DNA of 64,000 nucleotides from NCBI RefSeq assembly GCF_988242995.1, contig NZ_OZ547043.1; one strand, 5' to 3'. Shown piece by piece: positions 22,391 to 35,310 of this stretch (position 1 is its first letter; each line of letters starts with the position of its first letter). The notes under the pieces were generated by a model. It saw only the letters and a program-made list of their open reading frames with translations, ran no database searches and was not told where the DNA came from. The position numbers and the translations under genes were made by a program.

Positions 22391-23371
22391 TCACAAACGC
22401 CCTTCCCCCACCCGGTGCTGATAACTCTGCTGAAACGTTATCATCCCCACCTGCTGCCCGGTTTGAATAACATGCGGTAACTGGTGGGTTTTCCCTTCGC
22501 GAATCAAATTCCCCACCGCGGGTGTGTTAATCAGCAATTCAAATAGCGCCACGCGTCCTTCCTGTTTATCCACTTCCAGCTTTTGTGACAGCACTGCCCG
22601 TAAACTACCTGCCAGTTGATTACGCACGGGGTCTTTTTCCTGCGCCGGAAATGAATCCACCAGTCGCTCAACTGCCTGCGCGGCACCACGCGTATGTAAT
22701 GTTGCCAGCACCAAATGCCCGGTTTCTGCCGCCGTCAGTGCCAGACGGATTGTCTCGCTGTCACGCAGCTCTCCGAGCAAAATCACATCAGGATCTTCCC
22801 GCAATGCGGCCCGCAATCCCGATGCGAACGTCATACAGTGCAAACCAATTTCCCGCTGCTGGATCAAACATCGCTGGCTGGCATAGAGATATTCAACAGG
22901 ATCTTCCAGCGTCAGAATATGCGCATCGGCATGTTGATTGAGATAGCCAACCATCGCCGCCAGCGTGGTAGATTTGCCACTCCCCGTCGCCCCCGTCACC
23001 AGAATCAGGCCATTCTCGCTCTTGAGTAATTCCGGCAATACCGTTGGTGCGCCAAGCTGTTCGAGCTGCGGGCAGTGCGAAGGTAACAGCCGTAACGCCA
23101 GCGAAATGCCATGCCGTTGCGCGAATGCGCTGCCACGCAATCGCTGGTTTTCCGCCAGCGACACGGCAAAATCCAGCTGACCATTCTCCAGCAATATTGC
23201 CCGCTGATCGTCATCCAGCCACTCCCGCAGTAGCTCTTCGACGTCCGGCGTATCAAACGGCGCAGCTTCCATTCTGCCGCGAATGCGCCATCGTGCGGGC
23301 CAGGCGCTGCACAGGTGTAGATCCGAGACGTTATGCTTTACACTAAGGGCCACAATTTCTTCCATATTCAT
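22391..23371 (-). CDS. yggR: PilT-like type IV pilus retraction ATPase homologue YggR
   Basis: 326 aa from MNMEEIVALSVKHNVSDLH...; Walker A GATGSGKST. Confidence 0.88.
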   Translation of the reverse strand: MNMEEIVALSVKHNVSDLHLCSAWPARWRIRGRMEAAPFDTPDVEELLREWLDDDQRAILLENGQLDFAVSLAENQRLRGSAFAQRHGISLALRLLPSHCPQLEQLGAPTVLPELLKSENGLILVTGATGSGKSTTLAAMVGYLNQHADAHILTLEDPVEYLYASQRCLIQQREIGLHCMTFASGLRAALREDPDVILLGELRDSETIRLALTAAETGHLVLATLHTRGAAQAVERLVDSFPAQEKDPVRNQLAGSLRAVLSQKLEVDKQEGRVALFELLINTPAVGNLIREGKTHQLPHVIQTGQQVGMITFQQSYQHRVGEGRL

Positions 23372-23388
23372 ACTAAGATCCTCGGAAA

Positions 23389-24093
23389 ATGAACGATATT
23401 GCGCATAACCTGGCACAGGTCCGGGACAAAATCTCAGCGGCTGCAACGCGTTGCGGCCGTTCTCCAGAAGAAATTACGCTGCTTGCAGTCAGTAAAACAA
23501 AACCTGCGAGCGCCATCGCAGAAGCCATTGATGCCGGGCAGCGTCAATTTGGTGAAAACTACGTTCAGGAAGGGGTAGATAAAATTCGCCACTTTCAGGA
23601 ACTGGGCGTAACAGGATTAGAATGGCATTTTATTGGCCCGTTGCAGTCTAATAAAAGCCGCCTGGTGGCAGAGCATTTCGACTGGTGTCATACCATCGAC
23701 CGTTTGCGCATCGCTACCCGTCTCAACGACCAGCGCCCGGCAGAACTTCCCCCTCTTAACGTTCTGATTCAAATTAACATTAGTGATGAAAACAGTAAGT
23801 CCGGGATTCAACTGGCTGAACTGGACGAGCTGGCAGCTGCGGTCGCTGAACTACCGCGTTTACGTCTGCGCGGGTTGATGGCAATCCCTGCGCCTGAGTC
23901 AGAATATGTAAGGCAGTTTGAAGTTGCACGCCAAATGGCTGTAGCATTTGCCGGACTGAAAACGCGCTACCCGCATATCGACACGCTCTCTCTGGGAATG
24001 TCGGACGATATGGAAGCCGCCATTGCGGCAGGTAGCACGATGGTTCGTATCGGCACTGCAATTTTTGGTGCGCGTGATTACTCTAAAAAATAA
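23389..24093 (+). CDS. yggS: PLP-binding homeostasis protein YggS
   Basis: 234-aa ORF, alanine-racemase-fold family. Confidence 0.9.
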   Translation: MNDIAHNLAQVRDKISAAATRCGRSPEEITLLAVSKTKPASAIAEAIDAGQRQFGENYVQEGVDKIRHFQELGVTGLEWHFIGPLQSNKSRLVAEHFDWCHTIDRLRIATRLNDQRPAELPPLNVLIQINISDENSKSGIQLAELDELAAAVAELPRLRLRGLMAIPAPESEYVRQFEVARQMAVAFAGLKTRYPHIDTLSLGMSDDMEAAIAAGSTMVRIGTAIFGARDYSKK

Positions 24094-24110
24094 GGAATTA
24101 AAGGAACGCC

Positions 24111-24677
24111 ATGAATACGTTGACTTTCCTGCTTTCAACGGTCATTGAGCTGTATACCATGGTGCTGTTATTACGCATCTGGATGCAGTGGGCTCATTGT
24201 GATTTTTACAACCCCTTCTCACAGTTTGTAGTGAAGGTAACGCAGCCAATTATCGGGCCACTGCGCCGCGTTATTCCGGCAATGGGGCCAATTGACAGCG
24301 CCTCGCTGCTGGTTGCCTATATTCTCAGTTTTATCAAAGCCATCGTGCTGTTTAAAGTGGTGACCTTCCTGCCAATCATCTGGATTGCCGGTTTACTGAT
24401 TCTGCTGAAAACCATCGGCCTGCTGATTTTCTGGGTCCTGCTGGTGATGGCGATTATGAGCTGGGTAAGCCAGGGGCGTAGCCCGATTGAATACGTGCTG
24501 ATTCAGCTGGCCGATCCGCTGCTGCGCCCGATTCGCCGCCTGCTACCGGCAATGGGTGGGATTGATTTCTCGCCGATGATCCTCGTTCTGCTGCTGTATG
24601 TCATCAATATGGGTGTCGCAGAAGTATTACAGGCAACCGGAAATATGCTGCTGCCAGGGCTGTGGATGGCGTTATGA
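24111..24677 (+). CDS. yggT: YGGT-family inner-membrane protein
   Basis: 188-aa hydrophobic ORF. Confidence 0.88.
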
Positions 24678-24964
24678 ATGCCGTAACAGTTAATGATGAC
24701 GGTCTGGTTTTACGGCTCTATATTCAGCCGAAAGCCAGCCGTGATTCTATTGTCGGTTTACATGGCGACGAAGTTAAAGTCGCCATTACCGCGCCGCCGG
24801 TTGACGGCCAGGCCAACAGTCATCTGGTGAAGTTTCTCGGTAAGCAATTCCGGGTTGCCAAAAGCCAGGTGGTGATTGAAAAAGGCGAACTTGGCCGCCA
24901 CAAACAAATTAAAATCATTAATCCGCAACAAATCCCGCCAGAAATCGCGGCGTTAATTAATTAG
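24674..24964 (+). CDS. yggU: DUF167-family protein YggU
   Basis: 96 aa from [24 protein letters not shown]...; start overlaps yggT stop. Confidence 0.85.
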   Translation: MNAVTVNDDGLVLRLYIQPKASRDSIVGLHGDEVKVAITAPPVDGQANSHLVKFLGKQFRVAKSQVVIEKGELGRHKQIKIINPQQIPPEIAALIN

Positions 24965-24971
24965 GTATCCT

Positions 24972-25565
24972 ATGCAAAAAGTTGTCCTCGCAACCGGCAA
25001 TGTCGGTAAAGTGCGTGAGCTGGCGTCGCTGCTTAGCGACTTCGGTCTTGATATCGTGGCCCAAACAGACCTCGGCGTTGATTCCGCTGAAGAAACCGGC
25101 CTGACCTTTATCGAAAACGCGATTCTGAAAGCGCGCCATGCGGCAAAAGTGACCGCTTTACCGGCAATTGCCGACGACTCTGGTCTGGCGGTAGATGTGC
25201 TTGGCGGCGCGCCGGGCATTTACTCCGCGCGTTATTCCGGTGAAGACGCGACCGATCAAAAGAATCTGCAAAAACTGCTGGAAACAATGAAAGACGTACC
25301 GGACGACCAACGTCAGGCGCGTTTCCACTGCGTGCTGGTATATCTGCGTCACGCGGAAGATCCCACTCCGCTGGTATGCCACGGTAGCTGGCCGGGCGTG
25401 ATTACTCGTGAACCAGCGGGCACTGGTGGCTTTGGTTATGATCCAATCTTCTTCGTACCTTCCGAAGGGAAAACCGCCGCCGAACTGACCCGCGAAGAAA
25501 AGAGCGCCATTTCCCACCGTGGTCAGGCGTTGAAACTGCTGCTGGACGCTTTACGTAATGGTTAA
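24972..25565 (+). CDS. rdgB: dITP/XTP pyrophosphatase RdgB (YggV)
   Basis: 197-aa [21 protein letters not shown]..., Ham1/Maf-like. Confidence 0.93.
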   Translation: MQKVVLATGNVGKVRELASLLSDFGLDIVAQTDLGVDSAEETGLTFIENAILKARHAAKVTALPAIADDSGLAVDVLGGAPGIYSARYSGEDATDQKNLQKLLETMKDVPDDQRQARFHCVLVYLRHAEDPTPLVCHGSWPGVITREPAGTGGFGYDPIFFVPSEGKTAAELTREEKSAISHRGQALKLLLDALRNG

Positions 25566-26694
25566 ATTACCTCCGCTGAGTCTCTACATTCACATCCCGT
25601 GGTGCGTGCAGAAATGCCCGTACTGCGATTTCAACTCTCACGCGTTGAAAGGAGAAGTGCCGCACGACGATTATGTTCAGCATCTGCTTAACGATCTGGA
25701 CAACGATGTGGCTTACGCTCAGGGCCGTGAAGTAAAGACAATCTTTATTGGCGGTGGTACGCCGAGCCTGCTTTCCGGCCCGGCGATGCAAACGCTGCTG
25801 GACGGCGTGCGTGCGCGTTTGCCGCTGGCAGCGGATGCAGAAATTACTATGGAAGCGAACCCTGGCACGGTAGAAGCCGATCGCTTTGTCGATTATCAGC
25901 GTGCTGGTGTGAACCGCATCTCTATTGGTGTGCAGAGTTTTAGCGAAGAAAAGCTGAAACGACTTGGGCGTATTCATGGCCCGCAAGAAGCGAAACGCGC
26001 GGCGAAGCTGGCGAGCGGTTTAGGGTTACGTAGCTTTAACCTTGATTTGATGCATGGGCTGCCGGATCAATCACTGGAAGAGGCGCTTGGCGATCTACGC
26101 CAGGCCATTGAACTGAATCCGCCGCATCTTTCCTGGTATCAACTGACCATCGAACCCAATACGCTGTTTGGTTCGCGACCACCGGTGCTGCCGGACGATG
26201 ACGCGTTGTGGGATATATTCGAACAGGGGCATCAGTTATTAACCGCAGCGGGTTATCAGCAATATGAAACTTCCGCTTACGCCAAACCCGGTTATCAGTG
26301 CCAGCACAATCTCAACTACTGGCGCTTTGGTGACTACATCGGTATTGGCTGCGGCGCACACGGCAAAGTGACCTTCCCGGATGGGCGCATTCTGCGTACC
26401 ACCAAAACGCGTCATCCGCGTGGTTTTATGCAAGGAAGGTATCTGGAAAGCCAGCGTGATGTCGAAGCCACAGATAAGCCGTTTGAGTTCTTTATGAATC
26501 GCTTCCGTCTGCTGGAGGCCGCGCCGCGCGTGGAGTTTATTGCGTATACCGGGCTTTGCGAAGATGTGATTCGCCCACAGTTAGACGAGGCGATTGCCCA
26601 GGGTTATCTCACCGAATGTGCGGATTACTGGCAGATAACGGAACATGGGAAGCTGTTTTTAAATTCGCTGCTGGAGCTTTTTCTGGCTGAGTAA
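25558..26694 (+). CDS. hemW: Radical-SAM haem chaperone HemW (YggW)
   Basis: 378-aa ORF with CxxxCxxC radical-SAM motif ([10 protein letters not shown]). Confidence 0.92.
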   Translation: MVKLPPLSLYIHIPWCVQKCPYCDFNSHALKGEVPHDDYVQHLLNDLDNDVAYAQGREVKTIFIGGGTPSLLSGPAMQTLLDGVRARLPLAADAEITMEANPGTVEADRFVDYQRAGVNRISIGVQSFSEEKLKRLGRIHGPQEAKRAAKLASGLGLRSFNLDLMHGLPDQSLEEALGDLRQAIELNPPHLSWYQLTIEPNTLFGSRPPVLPDDDALWDIFEQGHQLLTAAGYQQYETSAYAKPGYQCQHNLNYWRFGDYIGIGCGAHGKVTFPDGRILRTTKTRHPRGFMQGRYLESQRDVEATDKPFEFFMNRFRLLEAAPRVEFIAYTGLCEDVIRPQLDEAIAQGYLTECADYWQITEHGKLFLNSLLELFLAE

Positions 26695-26702
26695 ACTTGT
26701 AT

Positions 26703-26825
26703 TGCCGGATGCGGCGTGAACGCCTTATCCAGCCGACATGTGGCAGCGGTTGTAGGTCTGATAAGACGCGCAAGCGTCGCATCAGACGTTGATTGCCGGA
26801 TGCGGGGTCAACGCCGCATCCTGCT
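26703..26825. repeat. REP/BIME cluster
   Basis: Two gccggatgcgg... REP units flanking a ggtctgataagacgcg...gcgtcgcatcagac unit. Confidence 0.8.
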
Positions 26826-26848
26826 ACAAATCGTGCACTATATCAAAC

Positions 26849-27856
26849 TTACTTAATCACCCCATTGCGCCGCAGTTGTTCGGTATCTTTTTTCCAGCGT
26901 TCATTAGCCTGGTTGATATCGTCAATTTTCATCAAAATCGCGACTTTTTTACTGTTTATTTCTGAAACTTTCATCGTTAACGGATATTGCCCTTTTTCGA
27001 GCGTTACCCAGTCATCCTGCAATTTACGGCTAAGTTTTTGTGATTGCAGAAAAGTCTGTCGCCGTTGTTCGTTGATATCGAAATCTCGTTTCTGCTGAAT
27101 CGGCACTTCATAACACTCTTCACTCTGTTTATGACATGCCGCAATCGCCGGTTGATAAACCTCTTTGTCATATTTAACCGCGAACGCCTCGCTATCGTTC
27201 TGTTTATTAAACTCATCACGCTGTTGGTGAATTTTTTTAAAGGCGTCTTCGCGGGTCATTTGCTTACCGTTTGCATCTTTTCCCCAATATGCATCCGCTG
27301 CTTTCTGCGCCGCCACCATTTGCTTATCAAGCGCTTTCACTTCCTTTTCCAGCGCAGGAATCGAGTTCTTCTGGGTATTCAACGCAGATTCAAGCTGACT
27401 AAAGCGATAATTGAAATCTTCGCTATTCACGATCAGATATTTATTATTCGTTTTGATATCGTCGACCACCCGCCCACGATCGCTGGCTGCCGCCTGAAAA
27501 GAGTAAAAGTTCACCGACCAGCCAGACGCGGGCGTTCCTTTACTGGTTAACATCGCCGAGAATTTTACCGGTTTATCTTTCGTCCAGGTCTGTTCGAGCA
27601 GTTCGTAATCTGCCAACTGACCGACCCAGGTATAGAGATCGTCACTGGAAGAGACATCGCCTTCCGCTGACCAGGTGGCCTGATTACCCTTAGCATCAAG
27701 ATTTTTTAAGGTGATAGCATCAAGCTTGAGAATGCCGTGATACTGCTTTTTGAATTGATCTTTTAAGATATTTTCAGTTGGTGGTTCGCCATCTGCCCAG
27801 ACATTACCTGTCATCAACATAAGCAGCGCCGTGCCAACAATCCATTGCTTTTTCAC
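26849..27856 (-). CDS. yggM: Secreted DUF1202-family protein YggM
   Basis: 335-aa ORF with signal peptide. Confidence 0.88.
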   Translation of the reverse strand: MKKQWIVGTALLMLMTGNVWADGEPPTENILKDQFKKQYHGILKLDAITLKNLDAKGNQATWSAEGDVSSSDDLYTWVGQLADYELLEQTWTKDKPVKFSAMLTSKGTPASGWSVNFYSFQAAASDRGRVVDDIKTNNKYLIVNSEDFNYRFSQLESALNTQKNSIPALEKEVKALDKQMVAAQKAADAYWGKDANGKQMTREDAFKKIHQQRDEFNKQNDSEAFAVKYDKEVYQPAIAACHKQSEECYEVPIQQKRDFDINEQRRQTFLQSQKLSRKLQDDWVTLEKGQYPLTMKVSEINSKKVAILMKIDDINQANERWKKDTEQLRRNGVIK

Positions 27857-27935
27857 CCGAAAACCCTCGCGCAGAATAATTTATTCCGGTGATTATCATT
27901 AGGGTAATTAAAATTGGCAATGGACGTGAGTCTGA

Positions 27936-27963
27936 AGTGAAAAAGCCCCGGCACGATACCGGG
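27936..27963 (-). terminator. ansB rho-independent terminator
   Basis: Hairpin ccccggcacgataccgggg with adjacent A-run on plus strand. Confidence 0.6.
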
Positions 27964-27972
27964 GCGAGGCGA

Positions 27973-29019
27973 TTAGTACTGATTGAAGATCTGCTGGATC
28001 TGCTGCGGATCTTTGGTTTGCGTCAGAGCCAGTTGCAGCAGAACGCGCGCTTTTTGCGGGTTCAGCGTGCCAGAGGCGACGAAGCCGTATTTCGCATCAT
28101 CCACTTCGGCATCCTGAGTGGTAGCGCCCGTCGGTACGCGGGAAGAACGCACGACTGCAGTACCGGTTTTCGCGGCGGTCGCCAGCGTGTCGAACACAGA
28201 TTTATACAGGTTGCCGTTACCCACACCAGCGCTAACGATGCCATCATAGCCCGCATCTACCAGTGCTTTAGCCGGAAGATCGGATGCGTTAGCGTAGTTA
28301 TAAACAATGCCGACTTTCGGCAGTTCATTCAGCTTAGAGACATCGAATGGCGTGTCGCTGGTATGCTTACGTGCCGGGGTACGCTGGTAGTCAATCTTAC
28401 CGTTGTGAATGTAACCCAGAGGACCGTAGTTAACAGACTTGAAGGTCGCTACGTCGGTGGTGTTGGTTTTGGTGACGTCACGGCCATCAAGCACGGTGTC
28501 ATTCATCACTACCAGCACGCCACGGTTGGCGGAGGCTTTATCAGCTGCGGTCACTACCGCGTTATACAGGTTGAATGGACCGTCTGCGCTCATAGACGTG
28601 GACGGACGCATTGCGCCGACCATCACCACCGGTTTGTCGCATTTCACCGTCAGGTCGAGGAAGTAAGCAGTTTCTTCCATCGTGTCGGTACCGTGGGTAA
28701 TGACGAAGCCGTCGGTCTTATCGCAGTCGGTGTTAATTTTTTTCGCCAGTGTCAGCCAGACATTATCGTTCATGTCCTGGGAGCCGATATTCACTACCTG
28801 CTCGCCTTTAACGTTCGCAATGTCTTTTAGTTGCGGCACCGCATTAACCAGATTTTCTACGCCAACTTTACCCGCTGTGTAGTTAGATTTGGTTGCGGAG
28901 TCACCACCACCGGCAATGGTCCCGCCGGTTGCTAAAATGGTGATATTGGGTAATGCCAATGCTGCACCACTAAAACCCATAACCAGTGCGGCAAGTGCCG
29001 TCTTTTTGAAAAACTCCAT
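27973..29019 (-). CDS. ansB: Periplasmic L-asparaginase II
   Basis: 348-aa ORF MEFFKKTALAALVMGFSGAALALPNITILATGGTIAG... Confidence 0.97.
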   Translation of the reverse strand: MEFFKKTALAALVMGFSGAALALPNITILATGGTIAGGGDSATKSNYTAGKVGVENLVNAVPQLKDIANVKGEQVVNIGSQDMNDNVWLTLAKKINTDCDKTDGFVITHGTDTMEETAYFLDLTVKCDKPVVMVGAMRPSTSMSADGPFNLYNAVVTAADKASANRGVLVVMNDTVLDGRDVTKTNTTDVATFKSVNYGPLGYIHNGKIDYQRTPARKHTSDTPFDVSKLNELPKVGIVYNYANASDLPAKALVDAGYDGIVSAGVGNGNLYKSVFDTLATAAKTGTAVVRSSRVPTGATTQDAEVDDAKYGFVASGTLNPQKARVLLQLALTQTKDPQQIQQIFNQY

Positions 29020-29194
29020 TTCATTCCTCCAGTTACGTGAACGCTACGCATTATCCCTTAGCTCTGTATGGGAAATTTGACGTTAAACAATTTACAACGT
29101 GAATATATTTTGGAGATCTACAAAGTTAGAGGCAGGTAACAAAACGAAGAATTAAACGGCATAAAAAAGTATTATGCCGTCTTAAAATAGAGGA

Positions 29195-29914
29195 TTATTT
29201 TAAATTCCCGACCAGGGCTTTGCGGCTATCTTCCAGAGTCACAACGCGGCTACAAACATCTTTGCCAAACTGCTGGAAATCTTTTTCCTGCTTTTTCCAC
29301 TCGGTTTGGATTGAGGATTGCAGCCCCCCCAGGCTTCCCAGCACATTCTGTAATGGGTTACCGCCGCTTTTCAGCACCGCTTTCGCGCCCATTTCATTAA
29401 TGCTGTCCTGTAAAATTCCACCCATTGCCTGATTCACTAATTGCTGGCCTTCGGCGCGAACCTGATCAATGGCTTTATAGTGAAACGTCAGGCCATCGCT
29501 GCGCGTTTCAATAATGCGGTTCATCTGCTCTTTCAGCTGCGCATCAAGTTTGGTCAGACGGCTGCGCATTTTGCTGCTTTCGCCCATCTCCTGAACGATA
29601 ATTTTATCCAGAGCAATACGGGCTTTCTCGACGCGGCTTTTCGCGCCTTCATCAATCCACGGCAGCGTGCTGCGTAGTTCAGCCTGATAATCCTTCGCCT
29701 GCTCGCGCTGGGCAGCATTCAGGGAATATTGCTTACCGTTATACATCACGTTGCCGTCTGGCGTGATCACCAGATTGCCGTTTTCGCCCTTCACCTGCAC
29801 GGTTTGCGGGCTGACAATCACATCGTCACGCGGCGTGACGCTGCACTGGTAGTCGGCGTGAGCGGTCATTGCCGTCACTGAAAGTGCTGCCGCCAGCAGC
29901 ATTTTGCGCATCAT
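29195..29914 (-). CDS. yggN: Periplasmic DUF2884-family protein YggN
   Basis: 239-aa ORF with signal peptide. Confidence 0.88.
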   Translation of the reverse strand: MMRKMLLAAALSVTAMTAHADYQCSVTPRDDVIVSPQTVQVKGENGNLVITPDGNVMYNGKQYSLNAAQREQAKDYQAELRSTLPWIDEGAKSRVEKARIALDKIIVQEMGESSKMRSRLTKLDAQLKEQMNRIIETRSDGLTFHYKAIDQVRAEGQQLVNQAMGGILQDSINEMGAKAVLKSGGNPLQNVLGSLGGLQSSIQTEWKKQEKDFQQFGKDVCSRVVTLEDSRKALVGNLK

Positions 29915-29976
29915 AGTCTTCCCTCAAGAAAAAATCAGGCCAGCATTTGCTGGCCCCAGATTGATAACAAAGTACG

Positions 29977-30058
29977 CGTTTTCCATGCCGGATGCGGCGT
30001 AAACACCTTATCCCGCCTACTCGATCGTGCATCTTTCCAGGCCTGATAAGCGTAGCGC
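29977..30058. repeat. REP/BIME element
   Basis: gccggatgcggcgtaaacacctta...ggcctgataagcgtagcgcatcagg units. Confidence 0.75.
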
Positions 30059-30097
30059 ATCAGGCAGTTTTGCATTTGTCATCGCCCGTATGCTTTC

Positions 30098-30424
30098 TTA
30101 GTCCCACCAAACGTCGAAAAGTTCGCTGGTGCGTACCTCATCCAGTTTGCGCTCTTCCAGCCACTTACGCACAATCGCCTGATGTTCTTCGGTGCATTTG
30201 CCGATTTCCTGCATGCAGATCAGACCTTCCCAGGCCAGATAACCGCTGCCGTCAAAGGCCAGTTTGTTCGGTTCGATAACCTCGTTAATAAAATCATCAA
30301 CGGTTTTATCAATCTGTTCTTCCGATGTACCTTCCGGGAATCGCCATGCCACCGAAAATCCTAATTCCTGGAATTCGTCGATGTGCATTTTTTTACGCAG
30401 ACGACGGCTACGGTTCTTTGCCAT
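30098..30424 (-). CDS. yggL: DUF469-family protein YggL
   Basis: 108 aa from [23 protein letters not shown]...; 1-nt overlap with trmB stop. Confidence 0.85.
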   Translation of the reverse strand: MAKNRSRRLRKKMHIDEFQELGFSVAWRFPEGTSEEQIDKTVDDFINEVIEPNKLAFDGSGYLAWEGLICMQEIGKCTEEHQAIVRKWLEERKLDEVRTSELFDVWWD

Positions 30425-31143
30425 TATTTCACCCTCTCGAACATTAAGTCCCATACTCCGTGACCAAGACGATGACCACGTTGTTCAAATTTCGTCACCG
30501 GACGTGATGCCGGACGCGGTACGTAATCATTGCTCTCTGACAGGTTTTTATAACCGTCAATAGAAGACATCACTTCAAGCATATGTTCCGCATAAGGTTC
30601 CCAGTCGGTCGCCATATGGAATACGCCCCCCAGCTGCAGTTTGCTTTTTACCAGTTCGGCAAACGGCACCTGAACGATACGGCGTTTATTATGGCGCGCT
30701 TTGTGCCACGGGTCAGGGAAAAAGAGCTGCACCATGCGCAATGAATTGTCAGGAATCATTTTATGCAGCACTTCAACCGCATCGTGACACATCACGCGCA
30801 GGTTGCTTAAACCTTCTTCATGCGCAGAAGCCAGGCACGCACCAACGCCCGGTGAATGCACTTCAATGCCGAGGAAGTCCTGCTCAGGGCGATCTTTAGC
30901 CATTGCCACCAGCGACGCCCCCATGCCAAAACCAATCTCAAGCGTCACCGGCGCTTCACGGCCAAAAAGCGCGGGGAAATCCAGCATATCTTCGCTGAAC
31001 TCAACGCCCATCACCGGCCAGTAGTTTTCCAGCGCATGTTCCTGGCCTTTGGTCAGTCGCCCCTGGCGGCGCACAAAACTACGGATACGGCGCAGTGGGC
31101 GGCCGTTTTCATCAAATTCCGGTGAAATGACGTCGTTTTTCAT
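30424..31143 (-). CDS. trmB: tRNA (guanine46-N7)-methyltransferase
   Basis: 239-aa [34 protein letters not shown]... Confidence 0.93.
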   Translation of the reverse strand: MKNDVISPEFDENGRPLRRIRSFVRRQGRLTKGQEHALENYWPVMGVEFSEDMLDFPALFGREAPVTLEIGFGMGASLVAMAKDRPEQDFLGIEVHSPGVGACLASAHEEGLSNLRVMCHDAVEVLHKMIPDNSLRMVQLFFPDPWHKARHNKRRIVQVPFAELVKSKLQLGGVFHMATDWEPYAEHMLEVMSSIDGYKNLSESNDYVPRPASRPVTKFEQRGHRLGHGVWDLMFERVK

Positions 31144-31303
31144 AAAGGTTTAGTCGCTTGTGAAAGTGTTCTGAAAACGGGCATTATCCAAAGTTAGTTG
31201 CCGGATGCAAGCATGATAAGGCCGTGGCTGCGGAAAGTTCCGGTTTACACCCTGCCGTCGCTGTGCTGCAATCTTGCCCCCAACAACAGTGAATTCGGTG
31301 ACC

Positions 31304-32356
31304 ATGCAAGCGTCGCAATTTTCAGCCCAGGTTCTGGACTGGTACGATAAATACGGGCGGAAAACGCTGCCCTGGCAAATTGACAAGACGCCCTACAAAG
31401 TATGGCTCTCAGAAGTGATGTTGCAACAAACTCAGGTTGCGACCGTTATCCCCTATTTTGAACGCTTTATGGCGCGCTTCCCGACGGTGACCGATCTCGC
31501 CAATGCGCCGCTCGACGAAGTTCTCCACTTGTGGACCGGGCTTGGCTATTACGCCCGCGCGCGCAACCTGCATAAAGCGGCACAACAAGTGGCGACCTTA
31601 CACGGCAGTAAATTCCCGGAAACCTTTGAAGAAGTCGCGGCGTTACCGGGCGTCGGGCGTTCCACCGCAGGCGCGATTCTCTCGCTTTCTCTGGGTAAGC
31701 ACTTTCCGATTCTCGACGGTAACGTCAAACGGGTGCTGGCGCGCTGCTATGCTGTAAGCGGCTGGCCAGGGAAAAAAGAGGTCGAGAATAAATTATGGAG
31801 TTTGAGCGAGCAGGTGACGCCCGCGGTTGGCGTGGAACGGTTTAATCAGGCGATGATGGATTTGGGTGCGATGATTTGTACGCGCTCGAAACCGAAATGT
31901 TCGCTCTGTCCGCTACAAAACGGATGTATTGCCGCCGCCAACAATAGCTGGGCGCTTTATCCGGGCAAAAAACCGAAACAGACGCTGCCGGAGCGCACCG
32001 GCTACTTTTTGCTATTACAGCACGAAGATGAAGTATTGCTGGCGCAGCGTCCGCCGAGCGGATTGTGGGGCGGTTTATACTGTTTCCCGCAGTTTGCCGA
32101 CGAAGAAAGTTTGCGGCAGTGGCTGGCGCAACGGCAGATTGCTGCCGATAACCTGACGCAACTGACCGCGTTTCGGCATACCTTCAGCCATTTCCACTTA
32201 GATATTGTGCCTATGTGGCTTCCCGTGTCGTCATTCACCGGCTGCATGGATGAAGGCAATGCGCTCTGGTATAACTTAGCGCAACCGCCGTCAGTTGGCC
32301 TGGCGGCTCCCGTGGAGCGTTTGTTACAGCAGTTACGCACTGGCGCGCCGGTTTAG
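31304..32356 (+). CDS. mutY: Adenine DNA glycosylase
   Basis: 350 aa from [25 protein letters not shown]...; 4Fe-4S cysteine cluster; divergent from trmB. Confidence 0.95.
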   Translation: MQASQFSAQVLDWYDKYGRKTLPWQIDKTPYKVWLSEVMLQQTQVATVIPYFERFMARFPTVTDLANAPLDEVLHLWTGLGYYARARNLHKAAQQVATLHGSKFPETFEEVAALPGVGRSTAGAILSLSLGKHFPILDGNVKRVLARCYAVSGWPGKKEVENKLWSLSEQVTPAVGVERFNQAMMDLGAMICTRSKPKCSLCPLQNGCIAAANNSWALYPGKKPKQTLPERTGYFLLLQHEDEVLLAQRPPSGLWGGLYCFPQFADEESLRQWLAQRQIAADNLTQLTAFRHTFSHFHLDIVPMWLPVSSFTGCMDEGNALWYNLAQPPSVGLAAPVERLLQQLRTGAPV

Positions 32357-32380
32357 CGCGTGAGTCGATAAAGAGGATGA

Positions 32381-32659
<279 letters not shown>

Positions 32660-32696
32660 AAACAGTGCCGGAGCACGCCTCCGGCAACTTGCATAA

Positions 32697-33803
<1,107 letters not shown>

Positions 33804-34004
33804 TTCCATTAACCGCCCCTGACGATGCTCAGGGGCAAAAATGTTATCCACATCACAATTTCGTTTTGCAAATTGGGAATGTTTGCAATTATTTGCCACA
33901 GGTAACAAAAAACCAGTCCGCGAAGTTGATAGAATCCCATCATCTCGCACGGTCAAATGTGCTTTTTCAAACACTCATCCGCATCACGATGTGAGGAAAT
34001 TAAC

Positions 34005-35261
34005 ATGAATCTTAAGCTGCAGCTGAAAATCCTCTCTTTTCTGCAGTTCTGTCTGTGGGGAAGTTGGCTGACGACCCTCGGCTCCTATATGTTTGTTACC
34101 CTGAAGTTTGACGGTGCTTCTATTGGCGCAGTTTATAGCTCACTGGGTATCGCAGCGGTCTTTATGCCTGCGCTGCTGGGGATTGTGGCCGACAAATGGT
34201 TAAGTGCGAAATGGGTATATGCCATTTGCCACACCATTGGCGCTATCACGCTGTTCATGGCGGCACAGGTCACGACACCGGAGGCGATGTTCCTTGTGAT
34301 ATTGATTAACTCGTTTGCTTATATGCCAACGCTTGGGTTAATCAACACCATCTCTTACTATCGCCTGCAAAATGCCGGGATGGATATCGTTACTGACTTC
34401 CCGCCAATCCGTATCTGGGGCACCATCGGCTTTATCATGGCAATGTGGGTGGTGAGCCTGTCTGGCTTCGAATTAAGCCACATGCAGCTGTATATTGGCG
34501 CAGCACTTTCCGCCATTCTGGTTCTGTTTACCCTGACTCTGCCGCATATTCCGGTTGCTAAACAGCAAGCGAATCAGAGCTGGACAACCCTGCTGGGCCT
34601 CGATGCATTCGCGCTGTTTAAAAACAAGCGTATGGCAATCTTCTTTATCTTCTCAATGCTGCTGGGCGCGGAACTGCAGATTACCAACATGTTCGGTAAT
34701 ACCTTCCTGCACAGCTTCGACAAAGATCCGATGTTTGCCAGCAGCTTTATTGTGCAGCATGCGTCAATCATCATGTCGATTTCGCAGATCTCTGAAACCC
34801 TGTTCATTCTGACCATCCCGTTCTTCTTAAGCCGCTACGGTATTAAGAACGTAATGATGATCAGTATTGTGGCGTGGATCCTGCGTTTTGCGCTGTTTGC
34901 TTACGGCGACCCGACTCCGTTCGGTACTGTACTGCTGGTACTGTCGATGATCGTTTACGGTTGCGCATTCGACTTCTTCAACATCTCTGGTTCGGTGTTT
35001 GTCGAAAAAGAAGTTAGCCCGGCAATTCGCGCCAGTGCACAAGGGATGTTCCTGATGATGACTAACGGCTTCGGCTGTATCCTCGGCGGCATCGTGAGCG
35101 GTAAAGTTGTTGAGATGTACACCCAAAACGGCATTACCGACTGGCAGACCGTATGGTTGATTTTCGCTGGTTACTCCGTGGTTCTGGCCTTCGCGTTCAT
35201 GGCGATGTTCAAATATAAACACGTTCGTGTCCCGACAGGCACACAGACGGTTAGCCACTAA
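34005..35261 (+). CDS. nupG: Nucleoside:H+ symporter NupG
   Basis: 418 aa from MNLKLQLKILSFLQFCLWGSW... Confidence 0.93.
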   Translation: MNLKLQLKILSFLQFCLWGSWLTTLGSYMFVTLKFDGASIGAVYSSLGIAAVFMPALLGIVADKWLSAKWVYAICHTIGAITLFMAAQVTTPEAMFLVILINSFAYMPTLGLINTISYYRLQNAGMDIVTDFPPIRIWGTIGFIMAMWVVSLSGFELSHMQLYIGAALSAILVLFTLTLPHIPVAKQQANQSWTTLLGLDAFALFKNKRMAIFFIFSMLLGAELQITNMFGNTFLHSFDKDPMFASSFIVQHASIIMSISQISETLFILTIPFFLSRYGIKNVMMISIVAWILRFALFAYGDPTPFGTVLLVLSMIVYGCAFDFFNISGSVFVEKEVSPAIRASAQGMFLMMTNGFGCILGGIVSGKVVEMYTQNGITDWQTVWLIFAGYSVVLAFAFMAMFKYKHVRVPTGTQTVSH

Positions 35262-35269
35262 TTACGCAA

Positions 35270-35308
35270 AGAAAAACGGGTCGCCAGAAGGTGACCCGTT
35301 TTTTTTAT
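35270..35308. terminator. Bidirectional rho-independent terminator between convergent nupG and speC
   Basis: Hairpin acgggtcgccagaaggtgacccgt flanked by A-run and T-run. Confidence 0.75.
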
Positions 35309-35310
35309 TC

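Noticed and set aside
29928-29955. Hairpin ggccagcatttgctggcc immediately upstream of the yggN start
   Set aside because: Terminator-like on the minus strand, but it sits on the yggN ribosome-binding region; may be a REP-associated structure or attenuator, and I cannot distinguish these from sequence.
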